From Antedon mediterranea (Eukaryota > Animalia > Echinodermata), in contig NC_092677.1 in the NCBI RefSeq assembly GCF_964355755.1, positions 15,088,101 through 15,152,100 on the forward strand: a stretch of DNA of 64,000 nt. Reading direction: 5' to 3'. The translations under genes and the position numbers were made by a program. Below the pieces are notes generated by a model. That model worked only from the letters and a program-made list of their open reading frames with translations. It ran no database searches and had not been told where the DNA came from. Within the stretch, counting starts at the first letter, position 1. Each line of letters starts with the position of its first letter. Below are positions 1 to 18,300 of the stretch, in pieces.

Positions 1-229
1 CCACAAATTCAACAACTAAACAAGAATTTATATCAAATCTACACATACAATTTTAACATGCAAAAAAGACATAATATTGAAATATAAATTTATTTATATT
101 TATAATATTGATTTTTTAACGGTCCTTACTATAAATTCTTAACTTTCAAGCTTCCATATTATGGAATACTTACTTAGGTTCATTTTTAAATTCATACAAA
201 ACTTTTCAGGAAAAAAACTGAATACTTAC

Positions 230-3687
<3,458 letters not shown>

Positions 3688-3689
3688 TT

Positions 3690-3960
3690 TATTTATGTTC
3701 GCATGTGTCTTTAAAATCTCAAATGCATGAAAATAACGTAATTTTACCAACTTTAACCCGGTGAGTATGTCTAAAAAAACCCACCGATAATATCGCGAGA
3801 CACGTCACACACTTACACGTGAACTTATCAAAAGAGGGCGGTGTGTAACAAAAAAAACTCCGTCACAAAATATTATTTTTGCTGTCAAAAAAAAATAAGT
3901 TTCAAGTGTGTAACAACACGTCGGTGGCGACTGAGCAAGTACGTGGAATATAAATAATGT
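3690..3960. promoter_or_regulatory. COPA promoter region, possibly bidirectional with the ABCG gene
   Basis: CpG-containing patch upstream of the COPA ATG with TATCGCGAGA (3791-3800), GACACGTCA (3799-3807), CACGTG (3816-3821) and further ACGT cores. Confidence 0.55.
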
Positions 3961-6900
3961 TACATCACTGGATTTCTTTAAAATTATAACTAAACAATGG
4001 TATGTATTATCTTATAATAGTATAAAGTGTGTGTACTTTTATTTACTTAAATTTTACAATTGTATTTTTAGAGTTACAACAAAATATAAAATTGATCGGT
4101 TGATCGTCTGCTTCTGCAGTTGAGCACACCGTATGTACTTAGTCTAGTGTGATGCATGCCGCACAAAAGGAACAATGGATAGGTTACGCAACCTCCAGTC
4201 TGGAGGAATGTCTGCAGGGGCCTACATCCAGGGCCATATGGCTGTACTGTACTACGTCTGTTGTGTCTGTGTAATGAGCATCTTTTAGTCACTGACTGAT
4301 GATGTTGCCTATCCAACCTGTGCTTACAAAAGAGAGTGTCTCGGCTACAGTAGTACTTAGAGTGTACTGGTTCATCATCATCCTCATCTTGCCTTCATCA
4401 ATAAAAACAATTAATACTATGATGAAGAATCAAAGAGTAAACTATGAAATACTAAAGTTTGGACATCTCGGCTCATAGACATAGGTCGATTTACAATGCA
4501 AAAGTAGGCTTGATACCACTTTTAGACGCCCTGAGAAGTCTCAGTAGTAGATGTGCTACATTTGCGCGTGCACAAGGAATGTAATGATACACGCTACCGA
4601 AATTACTTAAAGTTTGCAAGTAAAAATTATTTATATTTATGATTATATACATGATTGCCGCTTTTTACTTTCACAAATTTGCACTAACTGTAATAGTCTA
4701 CTTCAGGAAAATGGGGTGATGTATCGTATTAATTAGCATCGTGTGGACGTTCATCCATAATTAATTTTTATTTCTGATGTAACTTTTCATCAGACTACAG
4801 TATCATAACTATACTATCATGTTAATTATTGGTTCAGTAGACCTATTGTCAAAGAACCTTGTTCTTATTTGCATTCAAAACAATAAACCAACTAATTTAT
4901 CTGTTGTAACCTTCAAACTATTTCACTCAAGAAACCTACAAGGTCCATTTAATAGGATCTTTACTTCAAGATATGCACAGAAAATAAATGGTAGCAAAAA
5001 TGAAACTAACAATTTACTATTACGTTTTTAGATACCGGTAGGCTTAATATGTACAGTAGTTATTCAACAATTTCTGCTACCTTTTCACAGTTGAACAATC
5101 CAGCAGCCTATGATATCAATATTATATTGATTCTTTAAAACCTTCTGTTCGAGTTTGCATTGCCATTAAATATTATGTATTGATTGATATTGTAAAATAA
5201 AAATGTATTTCAATGATAGGTATGGTGTTGTACGTGTGACACTTGTTTAACCCAAACACTTACAATTAATGCGGTTCAGACAACCTTTTGTCTTTGATAT
5301 TTCATTCATTCTTACAGTGAACATGAAGCATAATAGTTTAGGCCTATATGCATTGATGCCAAAATTATTCATTACTGCAACAAACAATTTACGTTATTAT
5401 GCAAAAAAAATGTATTTGCTGCAGTGATAATAGTAACAAAACTGCAGTAGAATACTTTTGACATGGTCCCTAAAGTAATTTATAAATTAAACATAGTTTT
5501 GGTTTCAGGTATTATAGGTTGATACTAAACACACCCATTTTTAAAATTATTATTACTATATGATATGATATTCACTATGTTTAGTGTGAATTCCTTACTG
5601 TATTTGAAAGACTACTGTTAACATTTTAAAGTTTTGTTTAATTCAAAATGTTACTTTTTTATAGTCTGGTAATTTCCAATCATTAAATCCCTATACTTCC
5701 TTTTTCAGTGTACAGAATTGACTCACTTAAAAAATATGTTTCTCAATAGTCACGTTACCTTTGGTAACAACTGTGTTTCTGACAGTAGATTACTACGTTG
5801 CTACGTTACGTTTAATAAATAAAACACTTTAGAACAAAATAAAAACAAATTGAGCTTGAGAAATATTTTTACCAAAGCATTGTGACCTTTGATTTTCGCC
5901 TTGAATATACCTACCTACTGCTACTATACAGATGAGTACAGTATGTGTGTCCAACCTGTATAAAATCCTTGAGTTTTGCATGATCTAATTTTAAAGATTA
6001 TTTTTAATTAGATTTGCAGAAAGAATAATTGGTTAACAAGTGTTTTTTTTATTCTGATAAAATTTCATATAGCAAAATTCCAGGATGAGGCACTTGATAC
6101 TTAGTATCCTAGTTATTAAAATAAAGAGTAGGAACAAAGAACAGGAAATCCCTGAGATACTGTAGTATAAATTATGTCTGTTTTTCCCAGGTTTGTATAC
6201 CACATCACCTTTTTTTTATTTAAAAAATAAATGTATTTAAAAACTGTTTACTGTTTTATAATAATGACTATTTACAATTTTAAGTTTTGTCTTGCAGCTC
6301 TAAAAAGCTCTATTTGTTGAAAAGTTTTAAGAGAAAGTCACAGAAGTTTTAGTTGGCTGATGAAAAATAATACAAGTAATTGGGTGCTCTGAACAAGCTT
6401 AAAATTATAAGCTTTTATGATAGAGAAGGGAATGTGAATTGCTCATTTGTTCATTTACTTTATTTTCCATAACAAAATATGTCAGAAAACGACCAATAGA
6501 TTTCGTAGTATCAAATGAGACCATAAATGAACAATGGTCTACAATAGATAAATTAGATGACATCATCAACTCCCTAATTATGTCACTGTCACCATTATCA
6601 CTAATGTCACTATCTATACTTACAAATACTGCTAATGTTGCTTAACACTACATGTATCTTATCATTATTTTATTTATTTAATCAAAGTGTAGTGCCCTTT
6701 ATCTTGTAATATTAATATTATTATTAGATAAGCCATTTCACAACTTACTGTTCAGTTTAGTGTATGTACATATTACCGTTTACCATACAGCTGACAGTGA
6801 TGTGATCTGTCTGTCATTCTGGAAAAAAAACTATGAATACCTTACAGAATATTATTATATTGGTTCCACCTTGGTTGGTTAATAGGACCTACTCATAACT

Positions 6901-8701
6901 ACCCTGTTTGGTCAATATTGATAATATACAGTAGATAATTTTTTTGTTTAAGCTGAGTAATTTAATTAAAAAATTATTTTCAATTTCTTTTGAAGGAAGA
7001 AGCCCACAGAATTGTATTGACATATTGCAATACTTTTGTCTACTTCACTTATTTTTAACTGAGGAATTGAATATAAATGATGCAATGCTCTTTGTCTACA
7101 ATTTCAATCACTTTGTAGGCCCTTTGGGTGACCTTCTCAATTTACTCATACTGATTTTCTAAAGGGAAAAGACCATGCATTGATACCTCCATGACCTATT
7201 AGAAAATTGTTCAGTACTTCCTATATCAATTTCATATTGAATTGTACATAATTATATCATATCTAATCATTTTAGTTGTAATAACTAATAGATCTAGAGT
7301 CAAATTAATATATCAGTCAACTTTCATAAAAAAAACATGCTGAAATATGCAAACATTTTGATTAGGTCCAAATATCTTTGCTAAAGTCTATTCAAGATTT
7401 CCTTAGTTAGTGAAACAGAAATTTTGGTAAAACAAGGGTCTTTTTACTATTGAAAAGTCTCAAAAGAATGGTTTTCTCCTTAATAACTGGTTTTGGTAGT
7501 TTGTTTGTACTAAAAATAAAACTGGTTTCCATCTGTGATTTTTGAGTAGACAGAATCAGTTGTTGTCTGAAATCGTTTTAAAGTGGGTTCTTTTTTGTGG
7601 TTTTTTGTGTTACAGACCAATTTCTGTTGACAACTGAAAAGAACGCTCTTAAAACTGTACTCTTTCAATAGAAACGAGCCACTGCATGCAAAAAAAAATT
7701 GCAACAGCTAGCCAGTGGAGCAGTTAGTAGCCTTCAACTATGAAGTTTGCTCCTAAATGGAAGAAAATCTTTGATTTGATTTAAACTATTTCAGAACAAC
7801 AAAAATTACAAAATACAAACAATACACAGTGACAAATTACTAAGGAATCCCTGTATGAAGACTTTTCTCTATGTAACAAAAACTAATTGTATTTCCTTTT
7901 AAATTAGGACAGTCATATGAATCAGTAATTCAAGTTTCTGTAATATAATGATGTAATGAAGAAGATAAACAATGAAATGTTTATGTACTTTAGGTACTGT
8001 GTGACCATAAATCTCCATGGAACTGCCAGGGTAGTTCCATGTTATGAGTTTTATGTAGGAAGTATTGTGTAATGCATTAAGGTTTAAAGGTTGCATAGAC
8101 ATCACTATTGCCCAATAATATGAACATTTATTGAGTTGTGTATTGGGCAATATAAAGTTATGGTCACACGCACTAGTGTTAACCATGCATGGATTTAAGC
8201 TGATTCGAATTGTACTAGACAAGTGACTTTAATGTTTGTGAGATCTGAACTTGACATATGTCCTATATTATTGCATTGTAATTAGTATCAAATTTAGGGC
8301 CCTCCTTTGGATCACATTTTGTAGTCTACAGCACTACCGGGCATAGATATTGTACTGTACATAGATATGGCTGATACTTTATGTGGAGCCATTTTCTTTT
8401 CACTGCGACTGTACTATTTCTTTTCATTTATTAAATTTAAGTCAAACCTAATAATGCATTTCATGATAAATAATTCAAAATTTTTAATCTCAAGGTTGTT
8501 AGAAATATTTGAGTTTAGATTCTTTCTTGTTTATTAAGTTTAGTTTTATAATTTTTTAATAAGTTGGATAAATAATTTATTGCTTTTCATTTTTTCTGTG
8601 AAGAAATGCTATAAATTAATTATGATAAGTGCAGTAAACTAGCAATTAGAATATCGCTGTGCTTAAATCATGCATTCAAACCATATTTTGTTTAAATGTA
8701 A

Positions 8702-8816
8702 AGGTCTGTCTACAAACAATGATGTCATACCACTACCATATTAAGCGTATCACTACAGTACCATATTTTGTTCATTTTTTTGTCAAACTAGTTTGATAAG
8801 TGTAAACAAGGCTTAA
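8702..8816. mobile_element. Degenerate copy of the TTGTCTACACTATCAAAC-TIR MITE family
   Basis: Shares the GTTTGATA(A)GTGTA(A/G)ACAAGGCTTA end and ACTACCATAT core with 27916-28056 and ~47362-47460. Confidence 0.5.
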
Positions 8817-9366
8817 GTAATAGTAATCCTCAAACAATTCTTGCTCTGTTCAATGATAAGTACGAGTTTATATTTTGATCGCTAGCCAACCTGCTCTTCA
8901 ACCTTCAACCAAATTTCATTTTATTTTTTTGGACTGTAAAAGATATTGTCAAGTATCTTCTTATCTTTTTTCTAGTCTCAATGTTCTTAAAAATGGATTT
9001 ACTTGTAGATTACCGAGATACTTTGACTCCACTATTGATATTTTCTTTAATTGTAACTTGTTTATTTAAGAAATGTTTTTAATTAGTTTTTGTGCTCTTT
9101 TTCGATGTTCTTTTATTTCATGTTTTATGTATTCTTCCAGTCTGTAAATGGCAGGCTCCCCGCTGTTGATTGTGTATTGAAATTACATTTAACAAAAAAG
9201 TGAATAAAAAACTGACTTAACTATTAATTTACTATTACAAATATTCTTTTATTTCTTTCAGATGGCTTTTATAAAACTTGCCAGCCAGTGATCTCATCAT
9301 TCAATTGCTTGTTTAGAAAACTGTTTTTTGGTTTTATAGTTTTCATTCCAATATTTATGTTTGGAC

Positions 9367-12300
9367 ATGTCTGGTGAGGGTCTATTGTATCCAAGTATAG
9401 CCAGTACTGTGTGCAGAAAATCTGAGCGTCAAAGTGATTCAGAAAGTAGTAATCCAGTGCTACAAACCACGCAAACCGACATGGATTCTTCTGACGAAAA
9501 AATGGACTCTGTGATTTGCGATCTTACTGAAATGAACGATTTATTAGAAAAAGAAAATCATGCAGGCATAGTAACACGACCGGCAGGGACCGACGTGGAA
9601 AACTTAGCGGAGGATGGTGGTGGTGATCGCAAACACATTATGAGTTCAGTACACACACTGATGAGCCATATAAAACAATTAACAGATGCTACGCGGGATT
9701 TAGCGCATGAGGAACTGAGCTTACGTGGTGAAATGGAGCGTGTCGCTGAGCAAGTCGAACAGCAATGTAAACAAGAAAAGATGACAAAGTTGCAGGAAAG
9801 CTCCATGTTGATTTTACCAGATGTAAAAACAATCATGCAGCCAGAAGGTGGGAATTTGATTGGTCAGTGCATGTTTCATCAACACCAATGCGATTGCCCA
9901 CCACAACCTTTGACCTTGCACGTAAACCCCAATACACATATTGGTGAGTTTCCTTTGTTTTTCGTTTATTTCTTTTATTATTACTATCAGAAATTTAGTT
10001 ATTATTTGTTTATTTTTATATAAAAATATTTCATTTTTACACAAAACATCTTCTTTTAAACTGATATATTTTCTAAATGTTATATATTTTGTTGGCAATT
10101 TTTCAATTACTTCCTTTTAAAATTTTCTCTTTTCATCCAAACCCAATTATTTTCTGCTTTTATCACTTAGTAATAAGTGCAACCTTGGTGGCTATTTGCT
10201 TGTTTGAATACTAATCACATTTTCCTGGGTTGAAACATATCTCCCTAATAGCTAATGCAATCTGATGCGAACCTGAACTGGAGCTGGTATTTATAGCAGA
10301 TATGACTTCATGATAAAGATGATCCAAATCATATATGCGGATAACACATGGCTTGATCACTCTCTGAATACTGTACCGCGATAGACAGATTTCAGAATGT
10401 GACATTAGGCAAGCACTTTACGTACATTCAGATGTTCACCCAGTGTTTGTGTTTTAATGCTAAACAAGCTAAACCGCAATGTAACTGTGCAGTGATAAGA
10501 GAAAAGATCGTTAATTTTTTTTACTTGGTTAAATTTTCGATTGAATTTGATTTTGCATGCTAAGCTTATTTACATTTATGATTGAAAATGTCTTGTTCTA
10601 TTATTACAAGCCTTTCAGCTGATTCATCAACCTCATTTGCATAAATCTTTAGGTCCTTGTCAAATTGTATGCTTATAATATTCATCACAAATCAATCATT
10701 GTACAATGAAAATTAAAATGATATTTTCACTAAGGCACATTGATTTACTGTGTTGTTTAATTCATTTTCAAACTTATGAATTAATGTTGGAACCTTAAAA
10801 ATCTTCTTATTTTGCTTTTTCAAGGTACTTGAATTTGTAAAGTCCATTGTTTATTCCAAAGTACTATGATGAAAGACAAGAGTTATTGTGAATAATTTTT
10901 TTATTTGTAGTTTTGTTCAAAGAAAATAAATAAATAATAATATTCTTCAGTGAGTAATATCTGGGATAGAAATGACGGAAGGGGAGGAGGGGCCAGTAGA
11001 GGAAAAGGTTTAGGACGACCAGAGAATTTTAAAGTATTGTTTGAGGAATAGAAACTAGTGTTATTTGATTTTGTTTTGTATGGATCCACCACCGTTGAAG
11101 ATCTATAAAATGTTGTTCAACAGTAACCAAAAAACTTCTTTTATTGACCATTCATCCAACTAAAGTAATAAAAGTAAAACATCCACTTCAACTGCTTAGT
11201 TTACTATTTAATTGAATACTAAAGTTTAATTATCTGTTAAAAGTTTATTATTTTCGTGAGAGCTAGCAATTTAACATAATTTGGATTAAATTTAGATACT
11301 AAACTATCAACTTGACAATTAACTTGATAATACAAACTGAAATTTAATTGCCTATTTCGTCAAACAAAGACTGCTTTATGCTGCAGAAAGAAAGCTCTGT
11401 CTCTCCTTCTTCCACCTTTTTCCTTCCTCCAAATGGAACATATAATAATAACAACTCTATTTAAAAACGGATGCAACACTTGAATCACCAGATTAATGTG
11501 TTTCGCAAGGCTGTTACTTACTATAAACCTATTTACACAAGTTATTATTTACAGTACATATGAATAAAAAACTATATACAAAAAGAGACACAACTGACAC
11601 AATTAAAAAAAAAAGTTTCCAGTATATGCTGCTACAGATATTACCCATATCAAAGTTGGAGCAGCAATCCACATAAACGAATCACCTTTTATTCTTTCTG
11701 AAACATCTATGATAATATGTGCTACAAAATCAAGATTTAAAAATAAGAATTTTGATTAAATTTATTTGAATATTCTTTCATTAATATCATTTTATTACAA
11801 TATAGTTTATTTAGAGAGATTTTTGATGAGCAATTTAAAATCTACATCATTAAGGCACACATGTTAGTTACCACGGTAACTGATATTAATTAAAGCCATT
11901 TACAACTAAAAACGACTAAAAAAAGTCGAATGCATTGTATTGGATAAGAGCTGATCTAGGTAAAGACTGGTCAATATCGTATGATAATTTGACATGGGAT
12001 TGGCTTTCTACTCTCTACTGTGATATGCATGCATGCTGCTTTAATTATTAGGAGTTATCAGTTGAGTGTGCACGAGCAGGTTAGATGCTGACAGTGATAG
12101 CTACAGTATATTTCTTCAACATAATAGCCGGCTTTGGCCTAGCTATAATGTACTAGTGAGTATCATTTTGTGTTTTCAACATTTAGATATTCACTGTATT
12201 TTCTATGTGTGTTTTTGTCCGCTTATCTTACTCTATCTCCAGCTCAAGCAAAATGATGCATACATTGACTGGCCCATGCTATTTATATTCCAGGATCATC

Positions 12301-15300
12301 TTAACCCCTTCTTCAGTGTATATGGTAGCCATCTTTTAATGTTCCATATCCGGAAATAAACTTTCGGTTTTTTTATACGTTTTCTGTTTGACTGTATTCC
12401 GATCAAGGTGTAGAATTAAATTTACTTTTTTGCTTTATTTCTGTGCTCTGTTCTGGGTTGACCAACTATCATAGGTGTTAGCACCTGTTTTGTCTTTCCT
12501 TTTATATTTGTTTTGTCTCCCTCGTATTGTATATGGCAGAAAATTGAATGAATAAATAAATAAATAAGAAACCGTTAATGGATAACCCATTTATTTATAT
12601 AAAAATCTTATCCCCACCTAATACTTCTATGAAATTTAATACTCAACAGTACACATTTATGTAATTTAAGAACATGTACAAGATTGATTCTGTACACCAG
12701 ATGCTATATTGAATTTGCGAAAATGAATAAACAAATCTACTTTGCATGTAATTGACTAAATTACCCACAATTATTAGATTCTAAACTTTGTATACTTGCG
12801 TACATTTTTTGTAGATTAAAAATGAAATTAGTCTTTTCATGATCAAGTAAAAAGTGTTTACAGTTATTAGCAGATTTTTTAGTCTTCTGCAAGTGGAAAG
12901 TAGCTTACAAAAAGACGGAAAAAATTGTGAAAATGTGAACAACATAGGCCTACTGTAGTCTCTGAGTTTGTAGGATTTGCCCTGGTGTGTGGAGGTTGTA
13001 CTCAGTGCCTTTAAAATTGTGCCAACTTGGCCATTTCGTGTTTTTCTTATGTTTTATTGTGCCATAGCCATGTTCACATTGAACAACATAAATTTTTTTT
13101 TTCTTGGGCTTTGCAAAATTCCACAATGCTGGATTTCATGATTTCAAACAGTGCAACATTCCTATAGTGATCCATATCTAAGGAATCTGCATGAGTTATA
13201 AACTAAAAGAAATTAATTATTTAGGTAGCAACAAATTTGACACGTTCAGTGTACAGTGTAATTTACCTTGTTTGACTGTAAACATTTAAGCTAATATTCC
13301 ATTTGCAATATTATTTTTTTTTCTAAGTGATTAAAATTACATATATATATACTTAGAAAAATTAAATATTAAAATCGGTAGTGAGAAACCATAGCTGAGT
13401 GATGCTATGATAAAACTTTTATAGTACTAGTTCACTTTCAGTTTAAGAAAAAGGAAGCCGACACAATGTATAACAATATGAAACTATCAATCCAATTTAT
13501 TTATGGTTTATTTACAAGATAATGCAAACTATGACATTCCGGCACAACTGATATTTATACTACTGGTACTTGTTATTGTTTCCAATGCTAATTTCATTGT
13601 AGCCATTATGGCAATAGAAAGATGTCATCTTGAAGTATAAGAATGAATTTGATGAATTTGAATTAAAGACCATCCCTTAATATATTTCCTCCTTTACCTG
13701 TGAAGATAAACATAATAATTTAGATGTAGCTTGTATTGTCAATTCATCTCCCTGTGGATATAAATTATTTAATGTTAGATATGTAATCATCTTTTAAGTA
13801 AACATTGAACATAATCATTGCCAATTCATATACTTGTGGATGATATCAATATTCTATTTTAATATTATAGTTCCTCATTTATTACTGGTGTTCACACAAA
13901 GCTGTGGTCAATTTACATTAATGTAAATCGAATACAATCTTTAAGGATTAGGGACAAACTATTGTTAAAAACTCATCCCTCTTTAATTTTTTTCCTGAAT
14001 CTCCAAAAGAACAGAGATTATCTAATTTTTAACATAATAAAGTGCCACTGATAAATTAGAAGTTATAAGGAAACAAATTACAGTGATTTATGTGCTGGTA
14101 GTATGTGGGTAGTTGTCATTGACAGTGGTATATTAAAATGAATATTAATATTAATATTAAAATGCATGCGTTTTGTATTTATTATTGCAATGAAATGTTG
14201 ACACTTTGGCCATGGCAACTAAATGAAATTGGCCCACCTTAAAAAGATAATGTCATTTTTTCATTAATTTCTTGATGTTATGTTAATTATATTTCGGTAT
14301 CTTTTCTTCATCAACAAGTATATACATAAAACAATTCATGGCAGTATAAACTGAATTGCGAACTAAGTAGTTAAAAACATTATACAAAATATACAGAATT
14401 AAACAAAATGAGCAAAATGAAGATTAATACAATAGTTAAGTTACGGTACATAGTCAATTAATTAGTAGAAAAATATCTTTAAAAATATACAATGTTTAAA
14501 TATATAAAAATAAATAAATATAGAAATATAAATATATAAATATATAGTTTTCATTTTCATTCTTTTTCGTTCATTCGTTTAGTAATTTAACCATTGATGG
14601 TATAGGGGAGCATTGGAATCGTTTAGTTCTACATTTATATTCTTTGTATTTAAGTGTGTTTCGCATATTCATGTTATGTGTTTTATTGTTTAGTGGCAGA
14701 TTTAATATAAAAGTGATAGGACTATTACTGAACTGAGTCACCTAGCTAGGTTACAGTACACATATGCAGACCAGTGGTGAGGCGGATGTTTGCTAAGGTT
14801 GAGAGGTTCTGAAAAGAGCTATATAATGTATTCCTCCAACCCCGCCACCTCTGCCGTATAGTGAACAGTCACAGAACTGCATTTAATACACGCGGTACAT
14901 CTGGCTAAAAGCCTATTTCAATGGAGTACACAGGTGGTTCCAAATCTTTTTGTGTACTATTTATTCATTTTACCCATTCAATTGTTTATTAATTGCACCT
15001 TTTGTTGAAATTTATTAAAAATTATTCTGCTTCAATGATTAAAATGTAAACAGACAAAAAATGTAAAAAGCAATAAAAAAATATAAATATGGATTGTATG
15101 TGGTTTTTCTGTGATATTGCCTGATATGAAATGAATGTGTTAATTAGTATGTATAGTCTAGTCACACTATTAGAGTTGATCTTGGTGAAATACTGTGTAA
15201 ATAATGACTGCTTTACTTACTTTAGAGCCTTGTCAAGTCTAATTAAAATCTATAGTGTTGTTTTTGTTCATTTTTTTTATTGCCAGCTCAGATAATCTAT

Positions 15301-18300
15301 GTATACATTTTATTACGCTCATCACAGTCTAGAGATGATCTACTTGATTCATTTTTCTGTTATAATATTAATAATCACCAGCTTTGTTAACAATGAAATA
15401 TGATTTTTTTTCACTGTCTTACAAAACATACAAAAAGAATTTTAAAAAAATTTTAATGAAATTCATTGCGTGTCTTATAGTAAACATTAAATATTTCAAT
15501 GGTAAATGTGCAGTATGTTTATTGGAAAACTAATGAGATGGTTTAATGGTAATTTTGATTGAAAAGTTTAATCATGAATAAACAGTGAAAATGCGTGCAT
15601 ATTGACCTCGGTTATAGATGCTTTCAGATAAAAAGCTCTTGGTTCAAATCATGGTTTAGTTTGGATATTCTTTTATGAACGATACATTTCTATTCCCAAT
15701 GACCTTGTATTTTAAAACAGTTTTATCTTTACATTTGTATTTATTAAATGTTTATTTTTCTTATACTACAGTATGTGCATCATTTGCCTCTACTTATCAA
15801 GCATCCTCGTCTTCCTCCCTTACTTGTTTTGACCCTTCCTTCATTTGTTCTTCCTCCATTCTAGTTGTTTCTTCCTCCCTTTATTTGTTCTCCCCCACCT
15901 TTACTTATATTTATCCTTCCTTCATTTGTTCTTCCTTCCTTCATTTGTTCCTCCTTCCTTTATTCTTCCTCTCTTTATTTGTTTCTCCCCCTTATTTGCT
16001 CCTCCCTCCTTCACTTGTTCCTCTTTCATTCATTTGTTCCTCCCCTCTTTACGCTTTATAGTCCTTATCCGAGAAGACTCGTTCTACCACCAGAACCATG
16101 GAGTGAGTGAGCCTCGAACCCATGCCGATGATATGGCTACGTAATTACGGTTCCACTGTCTTAACTGCTCGGCCACTCACTCACTGCTCTTTGTTTTGAT
16201 ATTTAATCACTACCTTTGGGATGTACACCACGGCAAGGCTTTGATCTATTTTGCACATTAAACTTAGCTTAATTAACACATGCCAGTAGATAATAATTAA
16301 TGTGCTAAGACTCATAATGTTAATTGTTATCAACAAAGAATGTTATGTAATATTATTTTGAACTTCAGTAGTAAGTAAATTTAATTACGTTGAGTTGATG
16401 AAGATGAAGTGATGGCTTATCGCTAAAAGTTGGATTAAAAAAGCATATCTGCGGAAACGAATAATGTATTTTAAGTATTTGTAATTTACCATGCAAACAT
16501 TAGTTTTAGCATGAGCTCCACCACATCTAATGCAATAAATGGTTTGACCTTTTCAATTTTACGATATGATTTTAGAAATTTATTTTTAGCACAAGCTTTT
16601 AAAATAGAACATTCACCTGTTTAGTAATGTGAAAATGATGTTCAGAAAAAGTATAGCACAATTTGATTCGTAACCAAACCTTTTCACAATGATGAGTAAA
16701 GTATTAGTTCTTAAAAGCATATTGAGTCATTTAGCTGATATTGTACCATAGATATGTAACATGCAGTGTACATGTGGAAGACATGCGCACTGCGTACGCA
16801 ATTAGGGACTTTACGAAACACAGCGGGAAGCCACATGACGGTGCTCATGAATAATTTATGCATGAGCTTTAACAAAGTGGGCGCAGCTTAGCGTGAAATC
16901 CGTCATCTTAACTTTTTGAGGACGATAAAGTTGCGATTTTCCTGTTTGCAAGGAAGGAATAGAAATAATTTATATATAACCTTAAATATACAGTTCAAAT
17001 TACACTTAAACGTAGATTTTTCAAAACTCTAAATAATATTTGAACTTCCAATTTAATTGTTAATGAAATAACATTTTTATTGGGTTAAAATGACTGTGAG
17101 CGGCGTTTTAATTTCGAAGCCCTAGCTAGACCTATGCTATCACCAGAGTCAAGCGATTCAGAAGGGTCCCGCGACACGAGACAGGGGAGGGATCAGAGAG
17201 AGAGATACTGCTGGTCGTCGTCTCAGTGTGCGTAACTGATAAAACGGCTGTGTTGACTGTATATGATTTTACGCTCTAGCGAACACAGGATATTCGTCGT
17301 CCTCCCATAACCGTCGTTACTGTAGGTAGACAGTTATATAAGTATATCAATTTGATAGGCATGTAGAGTTCATTCAGGCTTAGATTTACCCGGGAAAGTT
17401 GGTGACATAACTACCAAGTTATTTGACACTTGAACTTTTTCTGTGTTTAATTTTTTTTTTTAATTTTTACCTAATTGTCAACATCATCACAGTATACATA
17501 AACATGATAAAGTAAAGAAAATTAAAAAATTGAACTGGAGTGTCCAAGATTGGGGCTACCCTTCGATATGGAGTACTTTGATTTTAGTTGGAGGTCAAAA
17601 TCATTGAAGCATGACTTTCTTATCATATGCGTCAAAAACGAATCTTGTACCTTTAGCTGTTGTAACGAATAGAATGTCAGTATGAAAGAAGTGGCTTCCA
17701 CTAAATCTTTACTGAATTCAAACATTGAGTTGAATGATAAGCAAGCATAACTTCGTAGGTCTAAACAGGTCCTTAGTTTATAGTCAAACCATGCTAAAAA
17801 GCTAACAGCTGTTAACCAAATACTGTAACTAATAAAACTGTTCAGTTTGAAATCACATATGTACTTTTGTAGTTCCGTCTCTGGAAATTGTACCTGCATT
17901 ATTTGAACACAATGTATTAATAGTACGTACTTCTTGTTTATTGTTTATCTATTATATTTAATAAATTACTACTGCTTTCCATAAACTTACTGGTAGTATA
18001 TTTATTATATTCTTAACAAATATTTAACAGCTTTCCTATATTTAACAAGCTCTTGTTATAAATATACCAATGATATTGTTTTCTCCATGAAACAATCCTG
18101 GTAGACTGACACCACATGTACATATTTACCAAATAAGACAGTTGTTTACAGAAATATGATATCATAAATAACTAATTATGAAAATGTCCAACAGCAAATG
18201 TCAAGTTTAATCTAAAACAGATGCAGCTCTCAGCCTACTATTGTCATGGTTAGAACTCGATGGATTTAGTAAGAGCTTATAGTGACCTAAATACTATTTA

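Noticed and set aside
15675-16144. Three overlapping hydrophobic ORFs resembling membrane proteins
   Set aside because: Translation of a pyrimidine-rich minisatellite plus a SINE.
16805-17899. CpG-richer segment and 125-aa minus ORF as a possible nested gene or transposase
   Set aside because: No recognisable motifs or matching terminal repeats found by eye. It may be a TE remnant or alternative ABCG promoter, but this is unsupported.
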